Below are positions 1 to 11,419 of a stretch of 64,000 nt of DNA, one piece after another (within the stretch, counting starts at the first letter, position 1; the number at the start of each line of letters is the position of its first letter). The notes under the pieces are model-generated. The model saw only the letters and a list, made by a program, of their open reading frames with translations. It ran no database searches and was not told the DNA's origin. The translations under genes were made by a program, and so were the position numbers. Source of the stretch: Carcharhinus amblyrhynchos (Eukaryota); assembly GCA_965287045.1 (NCBI GenBank), contig OZ336888.1, forward strand, positions 13,082,001 through 13,146,000, written 5' to 3'.

Positions 1-78
1 AACAGCTTGAAGCAAGCGTTAGTCGAAAATTCGTGTGACATCATAAAAAGTGGCCTGTTCAGTGAATGTGCACAGCTG
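1..78 (+). CDS. vwf: VWF exon 24-equivalent, 3' part (D3 assembly, C8-3)
   Basis: NSLKQALVENSCDIIKSGLFSECAQL followed by donor GTAAGA at 79; resembles human [26 protein letters not shown]; phase 0. Confidence 0.93.
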
Positions 79-784
79 GTAAGAAACCTTTCCAAAACAT
101 TTAATGGACATTTAATCAAATGTCTGCTTAGCCGTTATCAACCCTGCGAGCAGGGGCTCCAGAATTGTTTCGTCATGAGGTTGCCTACCCCGAGAACGTG
201 TCACGTTATTTGTCAATCCATGTTTTCATTGGGTGAAGAAATTGACAGCTTTTACAGATGTAACAAATTTATAATAAAGTGCTAAGGGTAATGATGGTAA
301 ATGCCAAGTTCTTCAAATCCCAGAAGAGAAGCTTAAAACAATTACCCTCAATAACGTTTGCAATTTGTAGAGTATAAAGAGAGATTTGAAATTCCGAAAT
401 GGTGACTCCAATTACTTGTGATGATTTAAAAAAGTAAACATTCGTTACCAAACAGGAAAAACAGCAATAAAGTAAAATAGGAGATACATTTAGATAAGAC
501 AATGGCTTATTTGCACATATCACTACTTTTTAACCATTCCAAACAATCTCACCTCAACTACCTTCAGAGCTAACTCTCCCCGATCTGGCCCGCAACATTA
601 GAGCAATTTTAAGATCTGTAAACACCCAGTACTTTTTAACCACTCAGTACCTTCATGTCTGTTGGGGTTTCTTCTGAGATTAATCAGCAGTTTTCTTTTC
701 AAATCTGGCTCCTTTCACTGTTTGCTAGGAGATAAACAGTTATTCCTGCCGTTGGCCAAGATCGAAAGAAAAACAGCCTCCCAC

Positions 785-1097
785 AGTGGATAAAAGCAAA
801 TTACTGCGGATGTTGGAGTCTGAAATCAAAAGAAAAAAATGCTGGAAAATCTCGGCAAGTCTGGCAGCATCAGTAAGGAGAGAAAAGAGCTGATGTTTTG
901 AGTCGAGATGATCCTTTGTCAAAGCTAAATGACATAGAAAGTGGGAGATACTTTTCCCTCACCCTACAGTATAAATATCTCCCACTTTCTATATCTTTTA
1001 GCTTTGACAAAGGGTCAGCTGGACTTGAAACATCAGCTTTTTACTCTCCTTACGGATGCTGCCAGACCTGCTGAGATTTTCCAGCGTTTTCTCTTTT
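785..1097. mobile_element. Fold-back Penelope-like terminal-repeat insertion with 10-bp TSD
   Basis: Arms ~830-950 and ~976-1097 are reverse complements; AGCCTCCCAC at 775-784 and 1098-1107; the arm matches the 3' end of the Penelope RT element at ~63465-63590. Confidence 0.8.
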
Positions 1098-1574
1098 AGC
1101 CTCCCACTTAGGTTCCCCTTAAATACATTTTTCCCCTTTTATCTCTCCCTTGTCTTAATTAATTTATTTAGAATCACACTCCCCCAGACTTAATTATTTT
1201 CATCTCTTTAGTTAAACCCTTGGAATTTATAAGCAAAGTAAACTCATTTTATCCACCTTCCCTGTGACACATTTTCTGTACACCTTCCATCTCTTACTCT
1301 GAATCCTTGACAACCTATTCCAATTTATTCATGTTCTGTCCCCATTGTTATTAAATTGCCTCAGGTAAACATCTATTTACAGTGTTGCTAGACTCATTTA
1401 CATATTAAATACACAGTCAGTCGCTCTGACCCTGCCTGAATTATTTTACTCACATATATAGCAGTCTCTAGATGGCCAATTACTGAGAAGGACGTAGATA
1501 ATTTGCAGGGAGATTATGGAAAGATACAAACGTTATACAATAGTTATAAGGGGGTGTGGGGGGGCGGTGATAAT

Positions 1575-2170
1575 TGTCCAAATGTAGATTGGGATATTGA
1601 TAGTGCAAAGGGCAGAGACGGACAAAGGTTCCTGGATTGTTCTCAGAAAAAAAACTTTCTACAGTAATATGTATCAGTCCAATAACAAAGTATGTACAGT
1701 TGCTGTTGGTTCTTGGAATTGAGGTGGGCCAAATAGATCAAGTGTCAGTGGGGGACCATTTAAGAAACAGTGATCATTGTATCATAAGGTTTAGGATGAT
1801 TAAAAATATCTGTAGCTGAACAATGGGCTAATTTCAAAAAGGAAACGGCCCAGGCGCAGTCAAGGTATATCCTTTAAAATGGAAAGGTAGGGCAAATAAA
1901 TCCGGAGTTCCTGGATAAAAAGAGAGATAGAGAAATTAGGATAAAGAAGAAAAAGTGTGTTTATGACAGGTGTCAGGTAGAAAATACATTTGAGAACCAG
2001 GAGGAATATAGAAGGTTCAGAGGGGAGGTGAAAGAGAATATCAGAGAGCGAAGAAGGATCATGAGAAAGACTGGCAGCCAACTTAAAAAGGAATTTCAAA
2101 GTCTTTAACAGGCACATACATAGTAAAAAGCTGTTAAAAGGAGGAGTAAGGCCGATTAGGGACCTAAATC
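1575..2170 (+). mobile_element. Degraded CR1-type LINE ORF2 fragment
   Basis: VGQIDQVSVGDHLRNSDHCIIRF and later PWI and RLAANLKRN-like segments typical of the CR1 EN-RT linker; multiple stops. Confidence 0.7.
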
Positions 2171-2523
2171 AGCTAGAGGGGGATTGCTGTTATCAACTCC
2201 TCGCTCAATGTTTATGCTTCCTGCTCTTTGCCATGGCAAAATTGCACTAAAGACCAATTTCATTGTGCTAATGGACTTCCCAAAGTCTGAGGAGCCATTA
2301 ATGTCACCCATGTGGCCAGCAAAACCCCTGATACAGTATAATACAAGGATAATACAATCACATGCAGTATAGTGCCAGGCAGTGCTGCTTAAACGGATGT
2401 CCTTCATTGAAGACTATTGTTCCTTCTGCCAGTGTAAACTTGTTCCAGGAGTAGCCTAACAGTACCAGAGTCACAGAATCCAGCAACATCTTGCAATATC
2501 AAAGCGTCATCATAAGAGTCAAA

Positions 2524-2658
2524 GGCCGGAATCTTATCACCATTCATGCCGGTGGGATTGTCCCATCCCACTGCAGTGGACGGAGATTTGGCTGGCTACT
2601 AAACTTTCTGATCTCACTGCAGCGAGAGTGTGATGTGAACGGTCAATAAGACCATGCC
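2524..2658. mobile_element. ~135-bp TIR mini-element (MITE family also at 33336-33471 and 39041-39176)
   Basis: GGCCGGAATCTTA...TAAGACCATGCC ends; internal CTGCAGTG...CACTGCAG symmetry; similar copies elsewhere in the window. Confidence 0.65.
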
Positions 2659-2664
2659 TTAGAG

Positions 2665-3880
2665 TTTCACTGCACAGGAAGAGGCCCTTTGGCCCATCGT
2701 GTCTACACCTGCCATCAGGCACTAATTATTCTTAATATATTTTCCAGCACTTGGTCCACAGCCTTGTATGCTATGGCAATCAATTGCTCACCTACATGCT
2801 TCTTAAATGTTGGGAGGATTCCAGCCTCTACCACTCTTTCAGGCAAAGTTTCAGATTCTCTCTGAGTGAAAATGTTTTTTCCTCAAATCCCCTCTAAATC
2901 TTCTGTTCCTTCCCTTAAATCTATGTCCCTCGTTATTGACCTGTGAAGCTAAAGTATTGCACATAGTGCTCTAGCTGTGGTCTAACGAGTGTTTTTTTTT
3001 AACATCTCTCTCATAACCTTCCTACTCTTTTATTCTGTGCCTTGGCTAATAAAGGCAAATATCCCATGTGCCTTTTTAATCTCCTTATCTACCTGCCCTG
3101 CTGCCTTCTGGGATCTTTGAGCATGCACTCCCAGGCACTTTGGCCCTCCGTACTTCCTAGCATTCTACCATTCATTATGTATTCCCTACCATTCATTATA
3201 CATCACCTCACACATTTCAGGGTTAAATTCCAGTTGCTACTGTTCTGCCCCTCTGAGTAGCCATCCAAAGATTTTTCTCCTCGTCACGGTGGCACAGTGG
3301 TTAGCACTGCTGCTTCACTGTGCCAGGAACCTGGGTTCAATTTGGATCACTGTCTGTGTGGATTTTGCACATAGAACTGTGTCTGCATGGGTTTCCTCCC
3401 ACCGTCTAAAGATGTGCAGCTTAGGTTGACTAGCCATGCTAAATTTCCCCTAGTGTCAAGGGGATTAGCGGGGTAAATACGTTGGATTATGGGAATAGGG
3501 CCAGGTGGGATTGTGGTCGATGGGTTGAATGGCCTCGTTCTGCACTGTCGGGATTCTATGATGCTTTGCTATTTCGCACAGCACCAATTTACATGTAATC
3601 CATAAATGTATTGATCATACCACCACCCACCCCCGACACTACAAACAGCAAGGAACCCTGTGGACATGGCTTCCAGTCACAAAAACAACCTTCAACCATC
3701 ACCCTCAGCCTCCTGTCACTAAGCCAATTTTGGATCCAATTTGTCAAATTGCCCTATATCCCAAGGGCTCTTATCTCCCTGATCAGTCTCTCACGTGGTG
3801 CGTTGTCAAAAGCTTTACTGAAGTCCATGTACATTACATTAACTGCACTGCCCTAAACTACACACCCAGTCACCTCCTCA
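2665..3880 (-). mobile_element. Degraded CR1-type LINE (RT region and 3' UTR) interrupted by a V-SINE
   Basis: Reverse strand shows remnants of MDFSKAFD and the CR1 3' end (GATGGGCCAAAGGGCCTCTTCCTGTGC). Confidence 0.7.
3285..3562 (+). mobile_element. HE1-like tRNA-derived V-SINE with CR1-type tail
   Basis: GGTGGCACAGTGGTTAGCACTGCTGC head with A and B boxes, central GGGTTTCCTCC, tail GAATGGCCTC...CTGCACTGT.GGGATTCTATGA. Confidence 0.85.
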
Positions 3881-4322
3881 AAGAATTCAGTATATTCGTG
3901 TATCACTTACATCACTCATCACAAGCATGTGTCTATACAGTCTGAAGATTGAAATAATGAGGAAGAAGAGCATAAAGTATAGGGAGTGTCTGATCTCATA
4001 TAAAATGCTATTAGAAAAACCACAACATTCATAATTGATTCAATATTGACAGTAAGTCAGTTAGTTTACTGGAGGAACAGATAAAACAGATAAAAGATGG
4101 GTTGGCAGATGTTGTAACTTAAATATGACAGTCTTTGAACAAACAATGAAGTGGCTAACTCAATACATCCAAAGATAAGAAACAGATTGTGTGATTTGTT
4201 GTATATTACCCAATGTTTATTTTCTAGTGAGATTCATTCCATATATTTGAAGCCATAAATCACAAAAGAAAGTACAAAGGGAAGTCAAGTGAGGATAAAT
4301 ACTTGTTGCATCTTTTTTTAAG

Positions 4323-4479
4323 ATCAACCCTCAACCTTTCTGGGAGATTTGTGTGTATGACACTTGTTCTTGTGACTCTACTGGAGAGTGTCTTTGTCTG
4401 TGCAATGCTATTGCTGCCTATGCACACGAATGTGCACAACTTGGTATCCATGTCCAGTGGAGGGCAGCCAATCTATGCC
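4323..4479 (+). CDS. vwf: VWF exon 25-equivalent (C8-3; CLCLC = human C1097/C1099/C1101 region)
   Basis: AG at 4321-22, GTAAGT at 4480; 157 nt; INPQPFWEICVYDTCSCDSTGECLCLCNAIAAYAHECAQLGIHVQWRAANLC. Confidence 0.96.
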
Positions 4480-4869
4480 GTAAGTAAACTAGATGTCTTT
4501 TGCTCAGATCATTTCCGAAGTTGTTCAAATGCATGTTCTGTGTTATTCTGCGATCAACTACAGTAGGCAAAGAATAATTTCCACCATTGAAGTTGTTGGT
4601 AAAATGAGTTGTAAAATACATTCTTGTTAAAAGTGATTTTAAAAAATAGTGGCTTTTAGGGCTAACAATGACCTATGAATGGTAGTTAGTGAATCATTCA
4701 AATTAGTGTCCAAAGAGTTATTAACCGGAGATGTTTTGGGAAGTTTTTGTGGTATATCTTAAAAGGCTGTTAACCTCAGTTTATTCCAAAGGCCTTAAAT
4801 AAGAATATTTTTGCCACAGTCAAAGCTATCCCACCCAATCTGGGACTGCTCAATTACACAGTCACTCAT

Positions 4870-5105
4870 CAATTCTGGCCTCAGGTCACTATCTGTGTGG
4901 AGTTTGCACATTCTCTGTGTGGGTTTCCTCCAGGTGCTCTGGTTTCTTCCCTCAGTTCAAAGATGTGTGCGTTAGGTTGATTGGCCATGCTAAATTGCCC
5001 CTTAGTGTTAGCAAATATATGAGTTTATGGGAATTAGTGTGATTGTGATCGTTGCAGGCTCGGTGGGTCGAATGGCCTCCTTCTGCAGTGTGGGGATTAT
5101 AGGTT
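4870..5105 (+). mobile_element. V-SINE, 5'-eroded
   Basis: GGTCACTATCTGTGTGGAGTTTGCACATTCTC...GGGTTTCCTCC...AATGGCCTCCTTCTGCA. Confidence 0.8.
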
Positions 5106-5422
5106 CTAGGTATCTCAGAAGCAGAATTTAATTAAAACAAATGAGATTTAATGTATGGATCTGCATTCTGGAGATAAGCCTGGATCCTCCATGAGATGTG
5201 GAGGCCAGGAATTCATGGACTTCCATGAATAGAAAGTCTCGAGGAATACAACTGTGATTTTCCAAAGCTCCGGGAATAGATTTGTCAAATTTACCCTTAG
5301 TTGCAAAATGCGTGAACACTTATGATGGACAACACTCATTGTAAATGAGTGAAAGTATTGGTGTATTCTTCAGCTGCCCTACAATCTTGTTGACTAAAGT
5401 GTTTTGCTTTTGTGCACGGAAG

Positions 5423-5584
5423 CAATGAGCTGTGAGGAGCTGAACGGTGGGCAAGCAGAGTATGTGTGCGAGTGGAGATACAACGTGTGTGCGCCCGCCT
5501 GCCCCAGGACCTGCCAACATCACCTGGCCGAGGAAGACTGCCCTGTGAAGTGTGTGGAGGGATGTCATGCACATTGCCCTGCAG
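5423..5584 (+). CDS. vwf: VWF exon 26-equivalent (TIL3; includes C1142-equivalent)
   Basis: AAG acceptor, GTAAGT donor; 162 nt; [55 protein letters not shown]. Confidence 0.95.
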
Positions 5585-6547
5585 GTAAGTTTGTGTGGCG
5601 GGTGGGGGGGGCGCAGGGAAAAGACTATGACTTAGCAATTCACAATGTTACTGAATGCAGAACAGTCTTAAGTAATGCCATATTGTTCTCACCCTTTTTA
5701 GGGTCAACACCCAGGTCAGGCATATGGCACCCACCTTGCTGGATATTTTAAGTTTGCTGGCTATTTAGGCAATTCAATAAACTTTTCAAACCTCATTATA
5801 CTGGGCTCAATTTTATGGGCCCCCATGGAGTGGGTGGAATTTTCCGCTAGTGGGATTTTCCGTTCCCGCCGAAGTCAGTGATTTTTGAATGGCTCATTGT
5901 ATTTTCCAGTCTGGCACTGCACCCACCTTTCCCTCGGCCTCCCCAGGGGACCTCTAATGGCCTCCAGGTTCTACCGGCAAGGCCAACACAACTGTTCTCC
6001 ACTCATGGGGTGCTGGTGTTTTCCTCACCAGAGAGAATCTCCCCTGCCAAGATCCTAAAGGCAAGTGAGCCTTGATGATTGAACTCCAGGCTCTCTAAGA
6101 TCATGTAAATTAATATTATAATGAATTTAAATAATCTATTCAGCCTCTCGTCCATTTTCGGTGAGAGCCTGATTTCGCCAGAAATCTGGCTCTCGTGAGT
6201 CCACAAGAGCTGAGAAATCAGGCATGATTCTGATTTCTTGGTTCTCACCCGATTTTACCAGCTGGGCGGAGCGAGCCAGTAAAATCCCGGTCATGTGGCC
6301 AAACACAGACCAGAGCCCATTCATTTAGAACACAATCTCTCCTGAATGAAAGCATTTACTTGGTGGAGTGATGTCACTTCAATCCAAAATAAGATAACAA
6401 TTTTGATGAATAATTTTGATAGTCACATCACAACCTCAATTCGACTCCACCTTAGGCAAGCAGAGCATTGGAATTCGAGGTTGCAGGAAACAAGGGAATA
6501 GCCAAGAGCTTCAGCAACAGAACAGGTTGAGTTCGTGCAGGGGTGTT

Positions 6548-7085
6548 TAGAACATAGAACATAGAACACTACAGCACAAACAGGCCCTTCGGCCCACGAG
6601 TTGTGCCAATCACATCAACACCTACCAATCTATAGACCTATCTATAACCCCCAATCCCATTAAACCCCATATACTCATCCAGAAGTCTTTTAAAAGACCC
6701 CAGCGAGTTCGCCTCCACCACCACTGACGGCAGCCGATTCCATTCACTCACCACCCTCTGAGTGAAAAACTTACCCCTAACATCACTTCTGTACTTTCCT
6801 CCCCGCACCTTTAATCTGTGTCCTCTCGTAGCGACCATTTCAACCTGGGGAAATAGCCTCTGAGAATCCACCCTATCTATTCCTCTCAACATTTTATAAA
6901 CTTCTATCAGGTCGCCTCTCAACCTTCGTCTCTCCAGGGAAAAGAGTCCCAGCTCCCTCAACCTAACTTCATAAGGCATGCCTCCCAGTCCAGGCAACAT
7001 CCTTGTAAGTCTCCTCTGTACCCTTTCAATAGCTTCTACGTCTTTCCTATAGTGAGGCGACCAGAACTGCACACAGAACTGCACA
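6548..7085 (-). mobile_element. 5'-truncated CR1 LINE (ORF2 C-terminus and 3' UTR with TGTTCTA repeats)
   Basis: ORF 6638-7129: CVQFWSPHYRKDVEAIERVQRR...FFTQRVVSEWNRLP. Confidence 0.92.
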
Positions 7086-7595
7086 AATGTTTGATTTTCT
7101 TTGCAAGGTTGGAAATAGTCAGTCTTCATGGTTGACAGGATATGTGCTCAGGAGTTCATCTTGGGCTCAAATGAAGTGTCAAAGCTATAAATATTCTGGT
7201 TCAGTCGGATACATTGATTTGGGAGTGGGTTGGGATTGTCGATGAGGTAACAGCATGTATGGGAATGTTTGATGGTGAGTACAATTCATCCAAGACTGGA
7301 TGCCAGACAAGTAAAACCAGTATAAGGGACAGGAATGTTCGTCCTGGACCTGAGTGGCATCATCTGGTGAAGACGACCAACTCCTCTATGCTTTTCAAGT
7401 TATTTCATGTCAGTAAATCCTTGAGGTACAAGTGACTAGGGCAGGACTTTATGCCCTCGCTTGACCCAAGATTGGAAAATCCCACCCAAAGTCAATGGAT
7501 ATTTCCATTGTCTTCCCCTCATCCACTCCGATTCAGTGGTGGGTGAGGCAGTAGAATTCTAGCATATGTCTTTACCCTTATTGCTACAAGAATGA

Positions 7596-9333
7596 TTGTG
7601 TGATTTTTTGGCCTCGGTCTTCACTGAGGAGGACGCGAATAGTTTGCCGGGTATCAAAGATAGAAGGATGGTAGGAGTTGAGGGTCTGAATGCGATTACT
7701 GTCACTAAAGAGGTAGTGCTTGATCGACTAGCGGGACTGATGGTGGACAAGTCCCCAGGACCGGATGGAATGCATCCCAGTGTTCTGAAGGAAATAGCGG
7801 AGGTGATAGTAGATGCCTTAGTGATTATTTTCCAAACCTCGCTGGATTCCGGGGAAGTACCGGAAGATTGGAAAGCGGCTAATGTTACGCTGCTGTTTAA
7901 AAAGGGTAGCAGGCAAAAGGCAGGGAATTATAGGCCGGTTAGTTTAACGTCTGTTGTGGGAAAAATGCTTGAATCCGTCACCAAAGAAGAAATAGCGAGG
8001 CACCTTGAGAAGAATTGTTTGATAGAGCAGACGCAGCATGGATTCGTTAAGGGGAAGTCGTGTCTGACGAATTTATTGGAATTCTATGAGGATGCGACTA
8101 GTGCGATAGACAGAGGGGAACCGGTGGATGTGGTGTTTCTCAATTTTTCAGAAAGTGATTGATAAAGTGCCACACAAAAGGTTGCTTCAGAAGGTTAGGG
8201 GACATGGAGTTGGGGGTAAGGTGTTAGCGTGGATAGAGGATTGGTTGTCTAATAGGAGGCAGAGAGTTGGTATCAATGGGTGCTATTCTGATTGGCGGTT
8301 GGTGACTAGTGGAGTGCCGCAGGGATCGGTGCTGGGGCCTCAACTATTTACCATTTATATAGATGATCTGGAGGAGGGGGCTGAGTGTAGGGTGTCGAAA
8401 TTTGCTGATGACTCAAAGATAAGTGGAAAAGCAAATTGTGCAGAGGGTGTGGAAGGTCTACAGAGGGATCTAGATAGGCTGAGCGAGTGGGCGAGGACCT
8501 GGCAGATGGAGTACAATGTTAGCAAGTGTGAGGTTATCCACTTTGGCAGGAATAATAATAGGAGGGATTACTATTTAAAGGGCGAAAAGCTGCAGCATGC
8601 TACGGTGCAAAGGGACCTGGGGGTCCTTGTGCATGAGTCGCAAAAACCCAGTCTGCAGGTGCAGCAGGTGATCAGGAAGGTGAATGGGATGCTGGCCTTT
8701 ATAGCGAAGGGGATAGAATATAAAAGCAGGGAGATCTTGCTGCAACTGTACAGGGCACTGGTGAGGCCGCAGCTGGAGGACTGTGTGCAGTTTTGGTTGC
8801 CGCACTTGCACAAGGATATTTTGGCCTTGGAGGGAGTGCAGAGGAGGTTTACTAGGCTGATACTGGAGATGAGGGCGTTGAACTATGAAGAGAGACTAAA
8901 TAGACTGGGTTTGTACTCGTTGGAGTTTAGAAAGATGAGGGGGGATCTTATAGAGACGTATAAGATAATGAAAGGGATGGATAGGGTAGAGGTAGAGAGA
9001 TTCTTCCCTCTCAGAAAGGATAGCAGGACTAGGGGGCACAGCCTCAAGATAAGGGGGGGCAGTTTAGAACAGAGTTGAGGAGGAACTTCTTCACTCAAAA
9101 GGTGGTGAATCTCTGGAATTCTCTGCCCATTGAAGTGGTGGAGGCTACCTCGCTAAATATATTTAAGACACGGGTAGATAGGTTTTTGGTAGGCAAGGGA
9201 ATTAAGGGTTATGGGGAGAAAGTGGGAAAGTGGAATTGAGCCACGACAGATCAGCCATGATCTTATTGAATGGCGGGGCAGGCTCGAAGGGCTAGATGGC
9301 CTACTCCTGCTCCTATTTCTTATGTTCTTATGT
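7596..9333 (+). mobile_element. Young 5'-truncated CR1 LINE; RT domain with two frameshifts
   Basis: ORFs 7596-8162 and 8128-9078 contain KSPGPDGMHP, NYRPVSLTS, GVPQGSVLGP, KFADD; frameshifts near 8150 and 9060; tail (CTTATGTT)n. Confidence 0.96.
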
Positions 9334-10147
9334 GAGCATCCCCTGCTTTGGTACATGTCGCAGCTGCATTCTGGAATTTGAGTGGTCCATTTCGTTCTGT
9401 GGAGTGAACAGCTTAGATAAGAATTGGTTATCTATATGACAGCTCATTGCTGTTTCATTCCTTTCAAATATCTCTTACACAATCAAGTTAATCAGCATAT
9501 TGACATAAAGTTCTTGCTGGAAGATAACTAGTGGAGCAGTGCCAAAAAGATAACTTCCACAAGAACATAAGTCTTAGAGAATATAATTAGTTAATAATTC
9601 CGGAATTGAAAACTTGTCTCAATAAGGGTGAACAAGAAACTGTTGTCAAGTGTCATAAAAACCGTTTTACAATATGCTATCCTTACTTAGTCTGGCCAAA
9701 ATGGAACTCCAGAGCCACAGCAATGAAGTTGGGTGCTCCCTTACTCACTGTGCACACCATGCTCCCTGCAGCAAAGTTGGAGAACTTGACAGCCAGCCAA
9801 ATTTCCGCGGAATGGGAAAACTTGCCAATGTGATTGGTGGTGAAATAACAGCCATTGACTCTTAAATGCCCTCTAAAATAGTCCAGCAAGCCTGCTGTGC
9901 AAGGTGGAATGTACAACAAATGCTGGCTTTGTCAGCAATGCACACATGCCATGAAGGAATTTTAAAAAGTCTGTTGAAGTTTTGAAATAAATAATCTGAA
10001 CTCTGCAATAGCTACTATTGTCGTTTAGCTACTAGGCAAACAGTATTGGTTTTGAGGATACATCTTTAAGCCTTTAAAAGGAATGGTTTCGCTCGGCATT
10101 TGCAGCAACATTATTCAACACCTTTTTATTACTGCAACAACATATAG

Positions 10148-10280
10148 GAACCATTTTGGATGAGAGTTCACAGAAATGCATAGACCCTGCATTGTGTCCG
10201 GTCTGTGTCCATAAGAATCAACGCATTCCAGATGGACAGGCAATCACTATCAATGAAGGGACAGATGAATGTCAGATCTG
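10148..10280 (+). CDS. vwf: VWF exon 27-equivalent (TIL3/E3)
   Basis: TAG acceptor, GTATGT donor; 133 nt; GTILDESSQKCIDPALCPVCVHKNQRIPDGQAITINEGTDECQIC. Confidence 0.94.
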
Positions 10281-11419
10281 GTATGTTTTATCTTCTGTAT
10301 TACCGCATTATGTTGCAATACACATTTCAGACTCCCATGCGCATTTAAATGTGGGTTAGGGGTTAGGATGACTGTCACAGAATGAGTAATTAAACCCACT
10401 GCTTTCAGTCTTTGGCTCTTGCAAGTGTCAGAATGTAACTGGTGCCAACTGTGTACTGGATGTAATGTGACCAATGGTAACAAGCTGTAAGAGTGAACTG
10501 ATCCAATAAACCATTGAACCAATTAAATAATGATGTGATGGTCAGCTGACTCACTGTGAATAAGAAGCTGTTGGGAATTGTGGGGGAGCTTGGGTGTGGC
10601 CCCAAGTTTGGAGTAATGAAATTTCTTTGATTTATAAATTGGAGTAAAAGTTTTGTTGTATTTTCATTGTCTGCATTTGAAGAGTTCCTTCCAAAGAAAC
10701 ATCTAGTGGCTACTGCTGTGCAAATATTTGCTCTGTGGTGATTAAAAATAATTTAATCATTTTCAAATGCACTTTGCATCACATACTAATTTTGTAATAT
10801 GTGTTTCTTAGAAAAGATGCAGCTGCAATAAGAATAATCTGCATTGTGTAATCCATCCTATTTTGTTTGTGTATATGAGTGTAGGTATGTGGAGGGTGGA
10901 AAGTTCACACTAATAAATTCCTGATGTGTATCCCTGAGGAGTGTTGTCCAGTGCTGGGATTGCAGAGTCTCATACCCTTCCTCACCACCCATTTCACCCC
11001 CACTCCCCCCCCGCGCTCCCAAAACTCCTCCCAGCTCATAGGCCCCTTTTTTTCTTAAAGGTGACCTTTCTTTAAGGTTCATTTCATACTAGTAAAATGA
11101 AGGCACTGAGAAATGGTTTTCCAGTCATTATCTCATGTTTATCACATAGCGGGGGTGCTTGTCCTGTTCCTTGTGGGAACATTAGGCAAGGTGAAGGAAG
11201 ATCACTGGAAAGAAACCATGTGATTCAGATGAATAATTCTCAACCTGTACTCATCACAGACCCATATTTAGTGCTGTCCAGTGGTGCGGTTAACTCTGTG
11301 GCTCATTCAAGGCTTATGGGATAGTGATGATTTTCATTTAAGTCTATGTGGTGATGCATACTAAAGATGATCAGAACTAACTATTTATTCCTTTTTGTTT
11401 CATGCCAATGTTCCCTCAG

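Noticed and set aside
7596-9078. Active reverse transcriptase gene or retron-like system
   Set aside because: Typical 5'-truncated CR1 ORF2 without endonuclease or ORF1, with frameshifts; the 36-37.5 kb copy is likewise truncated and has an in-frame stop
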